DNA from: Haliotis rubra
Lineage: Eukaryota
Reading direction: 5' to 3'
NCBI RefSeq assembly: GCF_003918875.1
Contig: NW_025766470.1
Span: 124,001-188,000 of the forward strand
Length of the DNA: 64,000 bases
Below are positions 1 through 13,000 of the stretch, in pieces. The position numbers and the translations under genes were made by a program. Below the pieces are notes generated by a model, which saw nothing but the letters and a program-made list of their open reading frames with translations, ran no database searches and was not told where the DNA came from. Every line of letters starts with the position of its first letter. The stretch's first letter is position 1.

Positions 1-229
1 TCCCCGTATATATAAAGCTGCTTACAGAACGCTAGCGCTGACATACGTATGTATGTTATGTTAACACATCGATGTAATTTGGAATTTGGTAAAATCGAGG
101 TATCCGTTTAATTACATGTTATCTCTTTTGCAAATAAATCCACTTAACAGGTTTGTTCAAAACGTGTCCATATCCCAGTAATAAAAACAATGTAGGAGCA
201 TTTAGGCATCAGGTACTAAAACAACATAC

Positions 230-470
230 TTTAAACATAACGCATTTCAGTATCAAGAGCCATGGATAACCTTTGTATTCTATCTCTAGATATGCTCAAG
301 GTGTCAATGTGACTTACCCGATTAACGTCCAAAAGAAGTGGCAACAAGAACAACGAACAACGGGTGCTGTTAGTGACCTATCCTACACACGACCCTGCCA
401 TCTGACCACGATAAGGTGAACCAATCTTAGAAAAGACAAGCTGGCATCTCCCACGACTGAGGCATAAGTA
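230..470 (-). other. Paralog of the gene B 5' region; probable first exon of another family member extending left of the window
   Basis: High identity to about 11563-11835, including the gacttacccg donor. Confidence 0.6.
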
Positions 471-994
471 TATTTGATCCTTATCAGAGTGTCTGAAGAA
501 TATATAACAAGATATATATATTTACCTCAAGAGGTGAGTGAGTATTATCGCCATATTGCTTGAATTATACATATAGATCTTAATTTAATAATTTATTGAT
601 GGTTCAAATATTTGATTTTTTTTGTTTTGTTTTGTTTTGGTTTTTTTAGTGTTTCTTTTTGTATTTCCACCCATATTATTCATATTTCTCCATACAATGA
701 TACATTGTCAAAAAGGTATAAAGGTATCCACTTCATGTTAAACTTGTTATATATATTTTCAACACTCTGTACATTCTCAAAATTAATACTTCAATTTCCA
801 CTTCATATTTAAACTGTTACAAACTCATGGAAGCAGACAAGGAAATGCCAAAAAGTACAGGCGCCCCAATATTCCCCTCCAGAATTTCACCCACGGTGCA
901 ATACAAAGGTTGTGAAGAAACCTGAAGAAGAACAGAGGAACATCCGCACCCCCCGGCGCGCCCCCATTCGCCTCCATGAGCATACACACATACA

Positions 995-996
<2 letters not shown>

Positions 997-1071
<75 letters not shown>
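997..1071. repeat. (CA)n microsatellite
   Basis: Perfect CA run. Confidence 0.99.
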
Positions 1072-1074
<3 letters not shown>

Positions 1075-1281
1075 TAAATATAATATTTATATATGTAAAA
1101 CATGTAAAACATGCTTCATGTAAAACATGTTACATATACAATGTTTGCCGTAAGTTGTCGAAAGTACAAACATATAAATATGAGCAGTAATTTCCTCTTC
1201 TTGTTAAACATATTGTATATACAAACCTCTCCATATGTAAAGATAGTTTATCTAATTGTATTAATTGTGATAATGACATGA

Positions 1282-1283
<2 letters not shown>

Positions 1284-1324
<41 letters not shown>
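1284..1324. repeat. (TA)n microsatellite
   Basis: Perfect TA run. Confidence 0.99.
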
Positions 1325-1326
<2 letters not shown>

Positions 1327-4300
1327 TTAACTCAATAAATAAATTCAGGTTTTCTTAATAGATTATGGAATGATGACCAGAACGCATAAAACTTGTCATT
1401 TGTACATCATGAAAAGGCACTATATTTTGTTGCCTCATAATATCTGCTTATCTCCCTTTGTACGTGCTGGAAATTGGGAATTGCTCCTTTTGCCTTTTGG
1501 GAATATGACTTGTTTACCAACAAGACATATGGCATTTAATGAATTATTATTTCATCCCTTAAATCCAAGCAAGATATTTTCTGAATTAAAATTCAATGTT
1601 ACCTTCTGCTACAGTTTTAAGCCATCTTGTTAAATCATTTCATATTTATGTTACGTAGTTACATTCACTGAAAAGGTGAACAGTTGTTTTAGGTTCTTTT
1701 GAACAGAAGGTGCACAAAGCAGTTTCTTTCATGCCAATTCTATGTAAAAAGTTATTTGAAGGCAAGATGTTACATAGTATTTTCATCTGTAGAAATTTTA
1801 GGTTACTACTTCTGGTACATCTGTTTCCCATCATGTTTAAAAAAAATTATCATTTCGCTATCATATTTTCTTTCAAAGGGTTCTCCCACTTTTTGTGTAC
1901 ATATGATTTTTCGTAAGTTGGTTCTAGAAGGCCCGGAGAGATAGAAGTATCTGGTACCCTTGCCGTTATTGATAAGTTTTGATATATTAAAAGGCATTAT
2001 TGGAGATGTGGGTAAGGGGTCTAAATGAAACTATTTATGATGTTTCTTCAAACATGCTTTAATAGTTGATTTCTTGCTTTGATATCTAAGGACATTTATC
2101 TTGATGTTAAAAATATCCCGCAGTTCATCATCTGTATAAAATTCACCTGTATTTGGGTTGATCAAATCATAAACAAAGTGAATCCCTGCATTTTACCAAT
2201 TTTTAAATAAAGCCGTTTTGTTACCCACTTTAAATAAGGTATCATACCAAAGAGACTGATTTCGAAAATCCGTTGCATTTAATGACTTGTACTGTTTGTT
2301 TAAACGCAAGCTATATGCTATAGCTACATCTTTCCAGAAAGTATTTCTTATGTTAGGGACAATATTATTTGTTATGTATTCAGGGTTGGCTAACCATAGT
2401 TTGTTATGATTTGGTATGCAGTTATCAACTAGTATCCTCCATTTACAATTGCTGGCATAAAATCTTTTTATCCATGAGATTTCTTGCGCATTAATAATAT
2501 CCTTCACAATTGGAGCACTTGTTCCACCATATTCAGATGGCATAGATAATGTTTCCCTTTTAATCTTATCCGGTTTAGATTTCCATATAAAACTGGAGCA
2601 CTGTTTTTGGAATGACTTAATCAAATCGTCTGGCGGTGATGGAAGAGATGAAAATATATGATTAAGTTTTGAAAGTAATAAGGATTTCAGTACTACATTT
2701 CTTCCTTATGTGAGTGATTGTTCGGTTTGACCATATATTCATTTCATTTCCTATTTTCTTAAATTTTTCCTCATAATTTAATTTAATCATTTCGTCAAAG
2801 TCAACATCAAATTCAATCCCTAAAAGTTTAAATTTACTTTGTGTGCAATCTAAGTTCCAATCTTTACAAAGCTTATGCCTGTATCTCTTTTTTGAGCCTA
2901 TCCAAATCAGTCTTGTCTTGTCAGCATTCACTTTCAGACCAGAGAATATTGCCAAAAATGATAGGGTATTCAGCAATGCATATAGACTACTTTCACTACT
3001 ACCTTCTAAAGGAAGGGTGTTATCGTCTGCAAATTGGGCTAAGATGAATTCTATATTTCCCTTTTAATACCCTTTATACTTTTATTATTTCTTATAAGTA
3101 TACCTAGAATTTCAGCACATAAAATAAAAATATATGGTGAAACAGGATCTCCCTGGCGACAGCCCCTACTTACTAGGAAGAATGAACTAGCAAATCCATT
3201 TACAAGTACACTTGCAGACATTAAGAAAAGTCCTTATCCACCTTTGAATACTTGGTCTAAATTTGAAAAAATTAAGTAGGTTTAATATAAATTTTCGGGC
3301 CACTGAGTCAAATGCTTTTTCAAAGTCAATAAGGACTAAGAGACCTGGTATTTGGTAAGATTCGGTATATTCCATAAGGTCATATATTAATCTAGTGACT
3401 TCGCCAATATATCGACCTGGTACAAATCCTTTTTGATCTTCATTTATTATCAACGGTAATATACTTCTTAATCTATTAGAAATAGCTGCGGATGCTAGTT
3501 TATAGGAAGTGTTCAGAAGTGAAATTGATCTCCAAGTTTTCAAATACATTTTCGGTTTATTATCCTTAGGTATACAAGTTCTCAGTCCCTGTTTCTGTGT
3601 CACAGATAAAGTTTCATTATTATAAGCAAAGTTTAGTGAGTTTATCAAGAATCTGTTTAGATCATTCCAAAAGAATTTTAGGAATTCTCGTCATTTTTCA
3701 TTTTGTTAAGGCTTCAAGAGTTTCTTCATTAGTTAGTTCTCCTTTTAAACTTGAGGCAATATCATCGTTTAACTTTGGTATTTCATATACTTTAAACAAT
3801 GAATTTAGATCTAGTTGTGTGCAATTTTCACTTGTTTATAGTTTTCTATAGAAATCTTTAGTTTCCTTCAGTAGTTCCTCTTGCTCTTTAACTATCGTTA
3901 TCATTTCTTTTAATTTCTGATATAGAATTATTTAGAAAATTTCTAAATTCTAAATATAAAAAGTATCTGCTTGTTTTTTCACCTTATTCAATCCATTTGG
4001 CTTTGGATCTAATAAATGCTCCTTTGGGGTTTTTTTCTTCGAAATCATTAAGTTCTCTCTTTATATCATCTATTGCTTTGAGAATCTCGTTTGTTTATGT
4101 TCCGAATTATCATTTGTGTCTAGTTTTACTTCCATTTCATACAATACATTCTCTAGGTTATTTATAGTATTAGCATCTTTCTTCTTTTCAGTGGAGGTAT
4201 AATAAATTGTTAGTCCCCTTATTTCCAGAAGAATCAATTCCCATCGGAGTTGATCGTTAATGACATATTTTGAACTTTCTTCCTGTTGATTTTCTTTATC

Positions 4301-4780
4301 TGTTTCGTAACATTTTTAAACTTTTACTTCATATTTTTTCTTTAACTAGTTGTACATATTCTGGATCATGTAACAAAGAATTGTTGAACTTCCAAAACCC
4401 TTTACCTCTTTTCACCTCAGATAGGGATATTGAAATTGAAATAACAGAGTGGTCTGAGTGAATACTTGGGCTTATATTTGTATGTATAACTTGCTGAAGT
4501 AGGTTATGTGAGATTAAGTAATAGTCCAACCGAGCTTGTTTCAGTGGTGTAGGCTGTCGCCAGTAAATCTTTTTTCAAAGGGGTAAGTTTCTCTCCAAGG
4601 GTCCTTCAGATCAAGGTAATTCATCATGCCTAATACCGTTTCTCTAGAGTTTGGGTTATTTATAATTTTATAGGTGAATGTATCTTTTAACTGGTCTCCA
4701 CATATTATAATTCTTTCTCCTAGTAACTGTTCAATATGTTCCTTGGTTGTATTAAAAAAGGTTGGTGTAGTTTGATTCTT

Positions 4781-4920
4781 AGTACAGATGTTGGGATACG
4801 TCACCACAAGTCAGCTAGTCTGCAATTGTGTGTCATTTTGGCAGAGAGGCTTTAACTCGTAATACAGATGTTGGGATACATGCCCACAAGTCAGCTCGTC
4901 TGCAATTGTGTGTCATGTTG
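4781..4920. repeat. Further ~1.7 units of the 80-bp repeat, abutting the 5' end of the LINE
   Basis: Same core motif as 5335-5580. Confidence 0.85.
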
Positions 4921-5334
4921 AAATCAGCTGCAGGTGGTCAGGCTTAGATCAATGCTCGCGCTGTTGATCACTGGGTTGTTTGGTCCAGACTCGATTATTT
5001 ACAGACCACCGTCATAGTGCTGTTGATATTGTTAAGTGTTGTGTTTAACAACAAACAAAATAGACAAACATATTATGAAGGATATGATTGTCACGTGTTC
5101 ACGGTAACTGTGTGAGATGGAGATCCAGTGTCATATTACGAGAGGTATTTTCTTCTTATGGTGGCTAATTATTCAAAACCATCAAATAGCTGCAAATGTG
5201 CTGATACGGCGTTAAATCATGTTAGCATGTGAACATATAATGGTATCCACATTCAATACCACTGAAGAGCAATATAAAGTCTTCGAATAAAATTACGACA
5301 TTTCTATCTGGTGAGACAGATTACATCATTCCAA

Positions 5335-5580
5335 CGCCTCTGCTGTGTGTCATCATTCTGGCAGAGAGGCTTTAACTCGTAGTACAGATGTTGGGATACG
5401 CCCCCACAAGTCAGCTAGTCTGCAACTGTGTGTCATGTTCACAGAGAGGCTTTAACTCGTAGTACAGATGTTGGGATACGTCCCCACAAGTCAGCAAGAC
5501 TGCAACTGTGTGTCATGTTGACAGAGAGGCTTTAACTCGTAGTAAAGATATTGGGATACGTCCCCACCAGTCAGCTATAC
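5335..5580. repeat. 80-bp tandem repeat (~3 units), related to the 84-bp repeat
   Basis: Period 80 (5361 to 5441). Shares the core acagatgttgggatacg...agtctgcaactgtgtgtca with the 84-bp unit. Confidence 0.9.
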
Positions 5581-5636
5581 GCCGATGTAAACTGTTGATC
5601 GTGATCCGTGCGACGTCTTCTATATACATTTTTGTA

Positions 5637-8600
5637 TTACGCCTACAGGTGGACAATGGACACGACACAGCTGAGACATGTTTGTGTCTGCCAGAAGAAA
5701 AAGTAACAATGAACTGTTGCTCATAGTTTTTATTTACCAACAGGAGGGTTTGGTAGCGAGGCGAAAATCTAGAAGAAGAAAGAAATGATTGAAATTAATC
5801 ATTTGTGTTCAAATTGCGCTCACAAATACCGAATACCTGAGTTTGCATGTTGAAGGGTCAGAAAAATAACGTGTCTTGAGTCGAAAAGATTAGGTACCTA
5901 TCTTTTGGTATGGGTGCGTCACGTAACGCTGTAACTTCATGTTGGGCGTTATAGTACATTGTGGAACTATTAGCGGCGGTGGGGTAGCCTAATGGTTAAA
6001 GCGCCCGCTCGTCACACTGAAGACACGGGTTCGATTCCCCACACGGGTATAACGTATTGAGCCCATTCCTGGTCTCCCCCGCTGTGATAATCCTGGAATA
6101 TTGCTAAAAGCGGCGTAAAACCATACTCACTCACCCACTCGCTTGTCTCTACTCGTAGCACAGGGTCCGAACAAACAGTGATAACATGTTTTTAAATCTT
6201 GTGTTACGGAATTGCATAAACTTAGACTAACTTCAAAATTGCTAACATGAACGTGTTAATTTTCAAGCTTAAACACTGAATTGTATTGTTTGTCATTTTT
6301 GTTCAAAAAGGTCAAAATGCGTCCTAGTTCGGAGTGCGATGATGACTTACCTGCTGGTACTTATTGACGAATTCCGCGAGACTGACGACGCCATCACCTG
6401 AAAAGATGATGACATGGGTTTGTTTGGGTTGTTAATTTGTAATTCCTTCAAGTTTTGTCACGTTCGGCCACGTTTGTTTTGCGTTTTGTCCCGGTTGTTT
6501 CACCCTTGCTGCCCGTTTTGTCCCAGTTCTCACGGCAAGCTTGGTTGTATGGTAGCCGATTCGTCCTGTTCCATCACGAGGCATCCAGGCGTGTGACGGT
6601 TTACAGGGCAGGCGAAATACGGCACGTTGCGTCCTCTGGCATTTCCTCTCTGCAGCCGATGATCGCCTTCTTCCTGCAGTTGATGATCGCCTTCTTCCTG
6701 ACGCAAGGACTAGATGTATGCCCGTAGCAAACTTACAAACGCAAAATAGTCTTCATCTTGGGGGTTTTATGCTGCGCTTATGTCTCAGGATACAATGGCT
6801 GCTATTACTTGGGAGGCCTTTTTTATACCGTGGACAGAAAGCTGGCCGGCATCCACGTTTCATCCGTAGCAAGTCTTGACAGAACGCGCAAAATGTGTCA
6901 AAACCTTGATCAAAACGTGAGAAACGTGAGGGAACCCATCAGAACGCGACAGGCCGGGAGGAAACGTAATGGCATCCGTAGTGGACGGCGGGCCGAACCG
7001 TAGTGCGCCTTTGAGCTTCCGGGACTCAGCAGCCTGTGTTTCCCAACAGCCCATCACGGATACCGTGATAGACCTTGAGAAAACTTAGCAGGACCTAACA
7101 GAACTTGAGTTTGGAGGAAAAACGGCCAAAACCCATGGCGCACTACGTTTCGGGGAAACGAGGCTGTCGTGGCCTCCGGGGACATAGTGTAACCCTAGCA
7201 CAACGCTGATGACCCGGGTTCGATGACCCGGGTTCACTCATGACCGGCTAAATCGTCGATTCTGGATAAGACAATCAAGTGAGTCACATCGTGAATATCC
7301 ATTTGACCACCCGATCTCGTATCTTTTGACAAGCATGGGTTGATGAAGACGTGGTCATAGTCGAGGTCAAGGTTCATTACCGTCGGTGTCGAACGCGGGG
7401 ATGACGTTTTCTGGAGGACATCGTCGTGGTAGGCGTCAACAAGCATGGGTTGCTGAAGACGTGGTCATAGTCAAGGTCAAGGTTCATTACCGTCGGTGTC
7501 GAACGCGGCGACGACGTTGTTTACTTCGGTCCTCTGGAGGACATCGTCGTGGTCGGCGTCAACAGGCTTGAAAACCGCTTGAGCAATGTATTTTGGTACC
7601 TTATTAACACTCATATACTCGGCCAATGTCATCTTGCCATCATCTGAAATTAAAAGACATATTTTAATTTATGATATTCAATAACAAAAGATTATAACTA
7701 TCTTAAGCTATGTCGTGAGTGTTAAGCAATTTGGTTCTAAATCAAAATGGCCTGGTTTAAAGTCCAGTTTTGTGAAGAACTATACTAATATATTTTCCGG
7801 GTAGTCATGGAGGAATTTTGGTGTACGAGTACTAATGAACTGGGTTGCTCGGTAGACATCCGTCTATAGTGCAACCTTTTAATGTGGATCCTGTCCTTCT
7901 GGAATATCAACTTTTCTAAAGATTGCTGTGTGGAACATATCACGAGACATAGTATAAATTTACGAGTCGGGAGACCTGATAGGTGTGTCGGCAAGGATAT
8001 TTTACAGTGAGTGAGTGAGTTTAGTTTTTTAGCAATATTCCAGCAATATCACGGCAGGGGACACCAAGAATGGGCTGCACACATTGTACCCATGTGGGGA
8101 ATCGAACCCAGGTCTTCGGCGTGACGAGCGAACGCTTTTACCACTAAGCTACCCCACCGCCCCCTTATATTTTACAGTGAAGAGCGGCATTAGTACGCTG
8201 TCGCTCGTGAAACCGTATCTTCCCCACGATGTCATTCTAAATCAACGGATACAATAAACCTGTCCATGTATATATTACACAGTCGAACTGTGGTGCTACA
8301 CTCTCTCTTGGTGACTCATTTCGTCAACACATAAGAACGGTGGGGTAGCCTAGTGGTTAAAGCATTCGCTCGTCACGCCGAAGGCCCGAGTTCGATTCCC
8401 CACATTGGTACAATGTGTGAAGCCCTTTTCTGATGTCCCCCGCTGTGATATTGCTGGAATATTACTAAAAGCGGCGTAAAGCTAATCTCACTCCGAGAAA
8501 CATGTCTCCGAACCCTTCCTTTTGATTCCGTGGCAAATTAGGATTTATATTGATTGCGAGAGTGATAGTATATGTTAGAGAGATTGTCTCGTGTATTGTA

Positions 8601-11098
8601 AAACTCATGTTTTGAATAATGAGTTGAAAATAATAAATCCTCAAAAGATATTCTGAACAAAACCTACGGTTGAGGTCATAATGGTCAAAAACATTCAGAA
8701 ATTCTGAAACATCAGCAGTGCCGCTTCCATCACTATCGATTCTGCTGAAGGCTTGCTTGAAAGTTGTCGCCAAGTCCGGCGCAGTTCTAAAAGAAATTAA
8801 ACAATGAACATCAAAAATAGGATATCGACACCTACATGAACAGTAAACAACACTTGTAAAATACTGACACCTACACCGACAGTAAACATCGCTTTTAGAA
8901 TACTGACACCTACATGGACAGTAAATAACACTTGTAAAATACTGACACCTACATGAACAGTAAACAACACTTTTAGAAAACTGACACCTACATGGGCAGT
9001 AAACAACACTTTTAGAATACTGACACCTACATGAACAGTAAACAACACTTATAGAATACTGACACCTACACCGACAGTAAACATCGCTTTTAGAATACTG
9101 ACACCTACATGGACAGTAAATAACACTTGTAAAATACTGACACCTACATGAACAGTAAACAACACTTTTAGAATACTGACACCTACATGAACAGTAAACA
9201 ACACTTTTAGAATACTGACACCTACATGGGCAGTAAACAACACTTTTAGAATACTGACACCTACATGGACAGTAAACAACACTTGTAAAATACTGACACC
9301 TACATGAACAGTAAACAACACTTTTACAATACTGAAACCTACATGGGCAGTAAACAACACTTATAGAATACTGACACCTACACCGACAGTAAACATCGCT
9401 TTTAGAATACTGACACCTACATGGACAGTAAATAACACTTGTAAAATACTGACACCTACATGAACAGTAAACAACATTTGTAAAATACTGACACCTACAT
9501 GAACAGTAAACAACACTTGTAAAATACTGACACCTACATGAACAGTAAACAACACTTTTAGAATACTGACACCTACATGGGCAGTAAACAACACTTTTAG
9601 AATACTGACACCTACATGAACAGTAAACAACACTTTTAGAATACTGACACCTACACCGACAGTAAAACATCGCTTTTAGAATACTGACACCTACATGGAC
9701 AGTAAACAACACTTGTAAAATACTGACACCTACATGAACAGTAAACAACACTTTTACAATACTGACACCTACATGCTAAAGTAAACAGCATAATTAGCGT
9801 ATCGACACCTACATGGGCAGTAAACAACACATTTACACGGACACCCACATGGACAGTAAACAACACTTTTACACTGACACCTGTACAAGCTGCAGCGAAC
9901 AACAATAACAGATATCGACACAAACAAACAAAAATGGCATATATTTTTATGTGAAACATCGTTTTAAGTCGGCTTGATTTCAGTCATACTACTTTGGAAT
10001 CCGGCATTTCGAGGGGCATCAATTTATTCATCTGCTTAGGTTATATTGTCGAAATGCCCTATCGGCGTACCATTCTAAATGATACTACAGACAACTATAA
10101 AGTAACGAAGACAGATATCACAAATGTTTGCAACATAGTTCAAATCCCAAGGTGGTGTTAAACGTTAATGTTGAAAGAATCACGTAAAATGAACCGGTGG
10201 TGTGTCTGTGGAGTTCGATACATCCGGATTTAGTTTATTTAGAATGGTTTAGACTTTGACAATCGACCATAAACGTTGATCTCTATCTTTTCTCTGGCTG
10301 ACTGGCTGGCTATCGATATATATCACAGAGATCGATCATCGTTAAACGAATATTGATCGATTATCGATAAAATATCGGAGAAGTAATTTTGAACAAAAAC
10401 GACTAAAACTCTTTAATAAGGCTCGGATTACCAACAAAACCGCAGCCCTGAACATACTTTAGGAGCAGCCCGTGAATATAGACCTAACTTTGGGTATTTT
10501 CTGAGTAAATTTAAACATTATCTTATCACAATAGTTTATTTACGATATTATCGATTACAAAATGTTCTCATCGCTAAACGTTAAGAATGATTCCTATGGC
10601 CGATATTTCCGATTACCGATCTTTTTAGTCTGCCCAAGCTCCTCACACAGCATGAGGTGAGGTGAGGTGAGGTGAGGTGAAATTGGGTTTAACGTCGTGC
10701 TTGAGAATATTTCGCTCATATGACGACGTGCATGCGTGTGTATGTGTATGTGCGGCTGCTTGTACTAGCCCAGACTTAAGCTGGGTTTATAGTGCTAGCC
10801 CACTGAGATACCATGCCGCAGTGAGGCATGAATATCCCACTCAGACACATTATACTGACTCCGAGCCGACCAGTCCTTGTTGTACCCATTAATGCCGAGC
10901 GCCAGGCAGGAACCAACAAGTACCACATTTTAACGTCTTTTGGTATGACGCGGTCGGGGATCGAACCCGCGACCTTCTGCTCTCCGGGCGGACGCTCTAA
11001 CCACACCACCACGGCGGCGGTCTTCCTCACACAGCATGAACTTACGATGGGGCGCTTAGTGCACCGTAAGCGAAAGCCAGCACAAGAAGGCAAATCAT
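5637..11098 (-). CDS. Gene B: secreted 4-EF-hand Ca-binding protein. Coding exons 11098-11046, 8786-8668, 7643-7491, 6397-6351 and a short terminal exon starting at 5642 (A-stop) or 5687 (TQTCLSCVVSIVHL-stop)
   Basis: Translation: MICLLVLAFAYGALSAPSTAPDLATTFKQAFSRIDSDGSGTADVSEFLNVFDHYDLNHDGKMTLAEYMSVNKVPKYIAQAVFKPVDADHDDVLQRTEVNNVVAAFDTDGDGVVSLAEFVNKYQQ. Canonical splice sites, phases 2/1/1/0, exon sizes 53/119/153/47. The last exon is uncertain. Confidence 0.85.
7330..7570. repeat. Local ~110-bp tandem duplication of the 3' end of gene B exon 3 and its splice donor
   Basis: gtcaaggttcattaccgtcggtgtcgaacgcgg occurs at about 7366 and 7476; the left copy has an internal deletion. Confidence 0.85.
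8008..8165 (-). mobile_element. Short (~155 bp) tRNA-derived SINE with an (ACTC)n tail; representative of about 20 copies (others near 5974, 8338, 18745, 22495, 30430, 35165, 37420, 45270, 46012, 49712, 55475, 56478, 57498, 61260, 61676, 63265, 63884)
   Basis: Head ggggtagcctagtggttaaagcgttcgctcgtcacgccgaagacccgggttcgattccc (tRNA-Asp-like); TSD atattttacagtga at this copy. Confidence 0.9.
8810..9890. repeat. 39-bp minisatellite (~27 units) in gene B intron 1
   Basis: Unit acttttagaatactgacacctacatgaacagtaaacaac with variants. Confidence 0.97.
10655..11022 (-). mobile_element. tRNA-derived SINE (Meta-domain-like) with a (CACCT)n tail
   Basis: A- and B-box head ggtgtggttagagcg...ggttcgatccc, gtcataccaaaagacg domain, and 15-bp TSD cctcacacagcatga. 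Confidence 0.85.
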
Positions 11099-11203
11099 CC
11101 TGGAAATCAATGAAATGGAAAGTAAGTAAAACGAATGTTTCTTTGAAACAATCAAATATATCTATTTTCAAAAGTTTTATATTTTTAACAAAAACAATAT
11201 TGT

Positions 11204-11350
11204 NNNNNNNNNNNNNNNNNNNNNNNNNNNNNNNNNNNNNNNNNNNNNNNNNNNNNNNNNNNNNNNNNNNNNNNNNNNNNNNNNNNNNNNNNNNNNNNNN
11301 NNNNNNNNNNNNNNNNNNNNNNNNNNNNNNNNNNNNNNNNNNNNNNNNNN
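11204..11350. other. Assembly gap
   Basis: N run. Confidence 1.
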
Positions 11351-11688
11351 ATTTGTTACAAGAAATCGAAGCATTTGTTTAGTTTTTATTTAACATTATC
11401 CCTTTTGTTGCTCCATATCCACTTATAAAAAACTGTAGACGGCATTTAAAGATTAGAGATAAGATATTAAATGTAAAATGCAAAAAGTATTGTTATCATT
11501 CTGCAGCTAAAAGGCAAGAATATTTTGTGACAACTCCAAGTTCAAGATCAATAAACAAAATAAAAACATAACGCATTTCTTATCAAAAGACAATGATCAC
11601 TTTTGTATTCATAAATTCAAAAACTCTTAAACATTAAAAAAACTGTGACCGTTTCTCTAGATATGATCAAGATGTCAATTTGACTTAC

Positions 11689-11835
11689 CCGATTGACGTC
11701 CAAAAGAAGTGGCAACAAGAACAACGAACAACGGGTGCTGTTAGTGACCTATCCTAAACACGACCCTGCCATGTGACCACGATAAGGTGAACCTATCTTA
11801 GAAAAGACAAGCTGGCATCTCCCATGACCGAAGTA
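11689..11835 (-). other. Putative non-coding first exon of gene B
   Basis: Minus-strand donor aatcgg|gtaagt at 11689/11688. The gene B ATG exon is preceded by an acceptor (tttccag). The segment is conserved in a paralogous copy at about 319-465. Confidence 0.5.
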
Positions 11836-11849
11836 AGTAAGGGCATTCT

Positions 11850-13000
11850 TCAAAAAAAAGAAACGCTCGGACGTTTTCAGAAGTTCATTTCGATATATTC
11901 TGACAGCAGTCGTCATTAAGACAATTCCTCTGTTTGAATCCCGTTAATCATGTCGTGGTTGTTGTGTATTGAGCACAAACGCATTTACAATGTCTGTGTA
12001 AACGTTTGTCATAAAGAATGAAAACGATGCATGAAAAGTGCATGCAGAAAAAGTGGTTCACGTAATGCTCGTGCATGAAACATGAGTAGAGACATCAATT
12101 ATAAAAGGTCAAACCAAATTCATCATTTCATAACGACATTTACGACGTAAACGAAGATAAAAAATGAATGCTTCTGACTGAAATTGAAATGTCATTGAAC
12201 GTTTGGAAGCAGGGGAGTCCCAGTCTGCCGTTGCATCGGCATCGATATACCCGCTTCAATTCGACCCAAGAAGTGGAAGACCAAGAGTGACCACTCCTGC
12301 TCAGGACCGATTCATCTTGCGTCACCGATTTGCTACAGCAACGGACACTGCGTTCGACAGGTGGACAGATTTGGTGGAAGAGCGTCATGTGGTGGGCAGC
12401 CCCGTCCTACACGTATAGATCAGAGCCAGTAGAGGTTTACAGCAATCGTACAGCAAATCGCTACATCGACCAAATCCTGCGACATCACCTGCTCCCACTT
12501 TTTAACCGCCAGAGGGAGCTGTTTCAACACGACAACGCTCCACCCCACACAGCTCGTGTAACAGGTGTCTGTCTCGCCAGTGCAAAGGGCAATGTACTTA
12601 CAAGGCCTTCCAAATCGCCTGATCTGAACCCAATCGAACATCTATGGGACGAACTTGTTCGACGAGTAAACGTCACCATCGTCCTGAGACAATTGCAGAA
12701 TTGCCAACCCGTTGCAGGAGGAATGGCGAAGAATTCCCCAAGCAAAAATCCGACGACTTCTGCAATCCCTTCCAAGGCGATGTCGAGCAGTGACGGCTGC
12801 TGCTGCTGGTGTCATCAGGTACTGACACATGTGCAGTGAGTGAACTGAATGAATGCTGACAATGGCAACAATACATATGTTCATCCGTGTGTCGAATGTT
12901 CTTCATCTATGTTTAAGTTTAATCGACTTATATAGACTTAAATGCACTTTATACATTTCCTTATTTTTGGCCTGTGCGTTTCCTTTTCTTTCTCTTTTTT
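11850..13000 (+). mobile_element. Decayed Tc1/mariner element
   Basis: PRSGRPRVTTPAQDRFI, FQHDNAPPH and SPDLNPIEHLWD motifs; approximate TIRs aaaaaagaaacgc / gcgtttcctttt. Confidence 0.88.

Larger units (their letters stand above)
616..4780 (-). mobile_element. 5'-truncated, decayed L1/Tx1-clade LINE (endonuclease end, RT, C-terminal Cys domain, 3' UTR, A-rich tail)
   Basis: ORF fragments DYYLIS..SDH (APE), WRSISLLNTSYK, DQKGFVPGRYIG, LIDFEKAFDSV, GCRQGDPVSPYIF, QFADD, GLKVNADKT and CTFCSKEPKTTVHLFSEC, with many stops and frameshifts. The T-rich tract at 616-660 is the poly-A end. Confidence 0.93.

Noticed and set aside
817-1190. CV/HT-repeat ORFs
   Set aside because: They are translations of the (CA)n microsatellite.
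5974-6050. tRNA-Asp-like genes (many copies)
   Set aside because: Each continues into a conserved SINE body and (ACTC)n tail, often with TSDs.
6414-7160. GC-richer ORFs in gene B intron 3 with a faint zinc-knuckle-like pattern
   Set aside because: They contain stops and no convincing domain. This is probably repeat debris that cannot be classified by eye.
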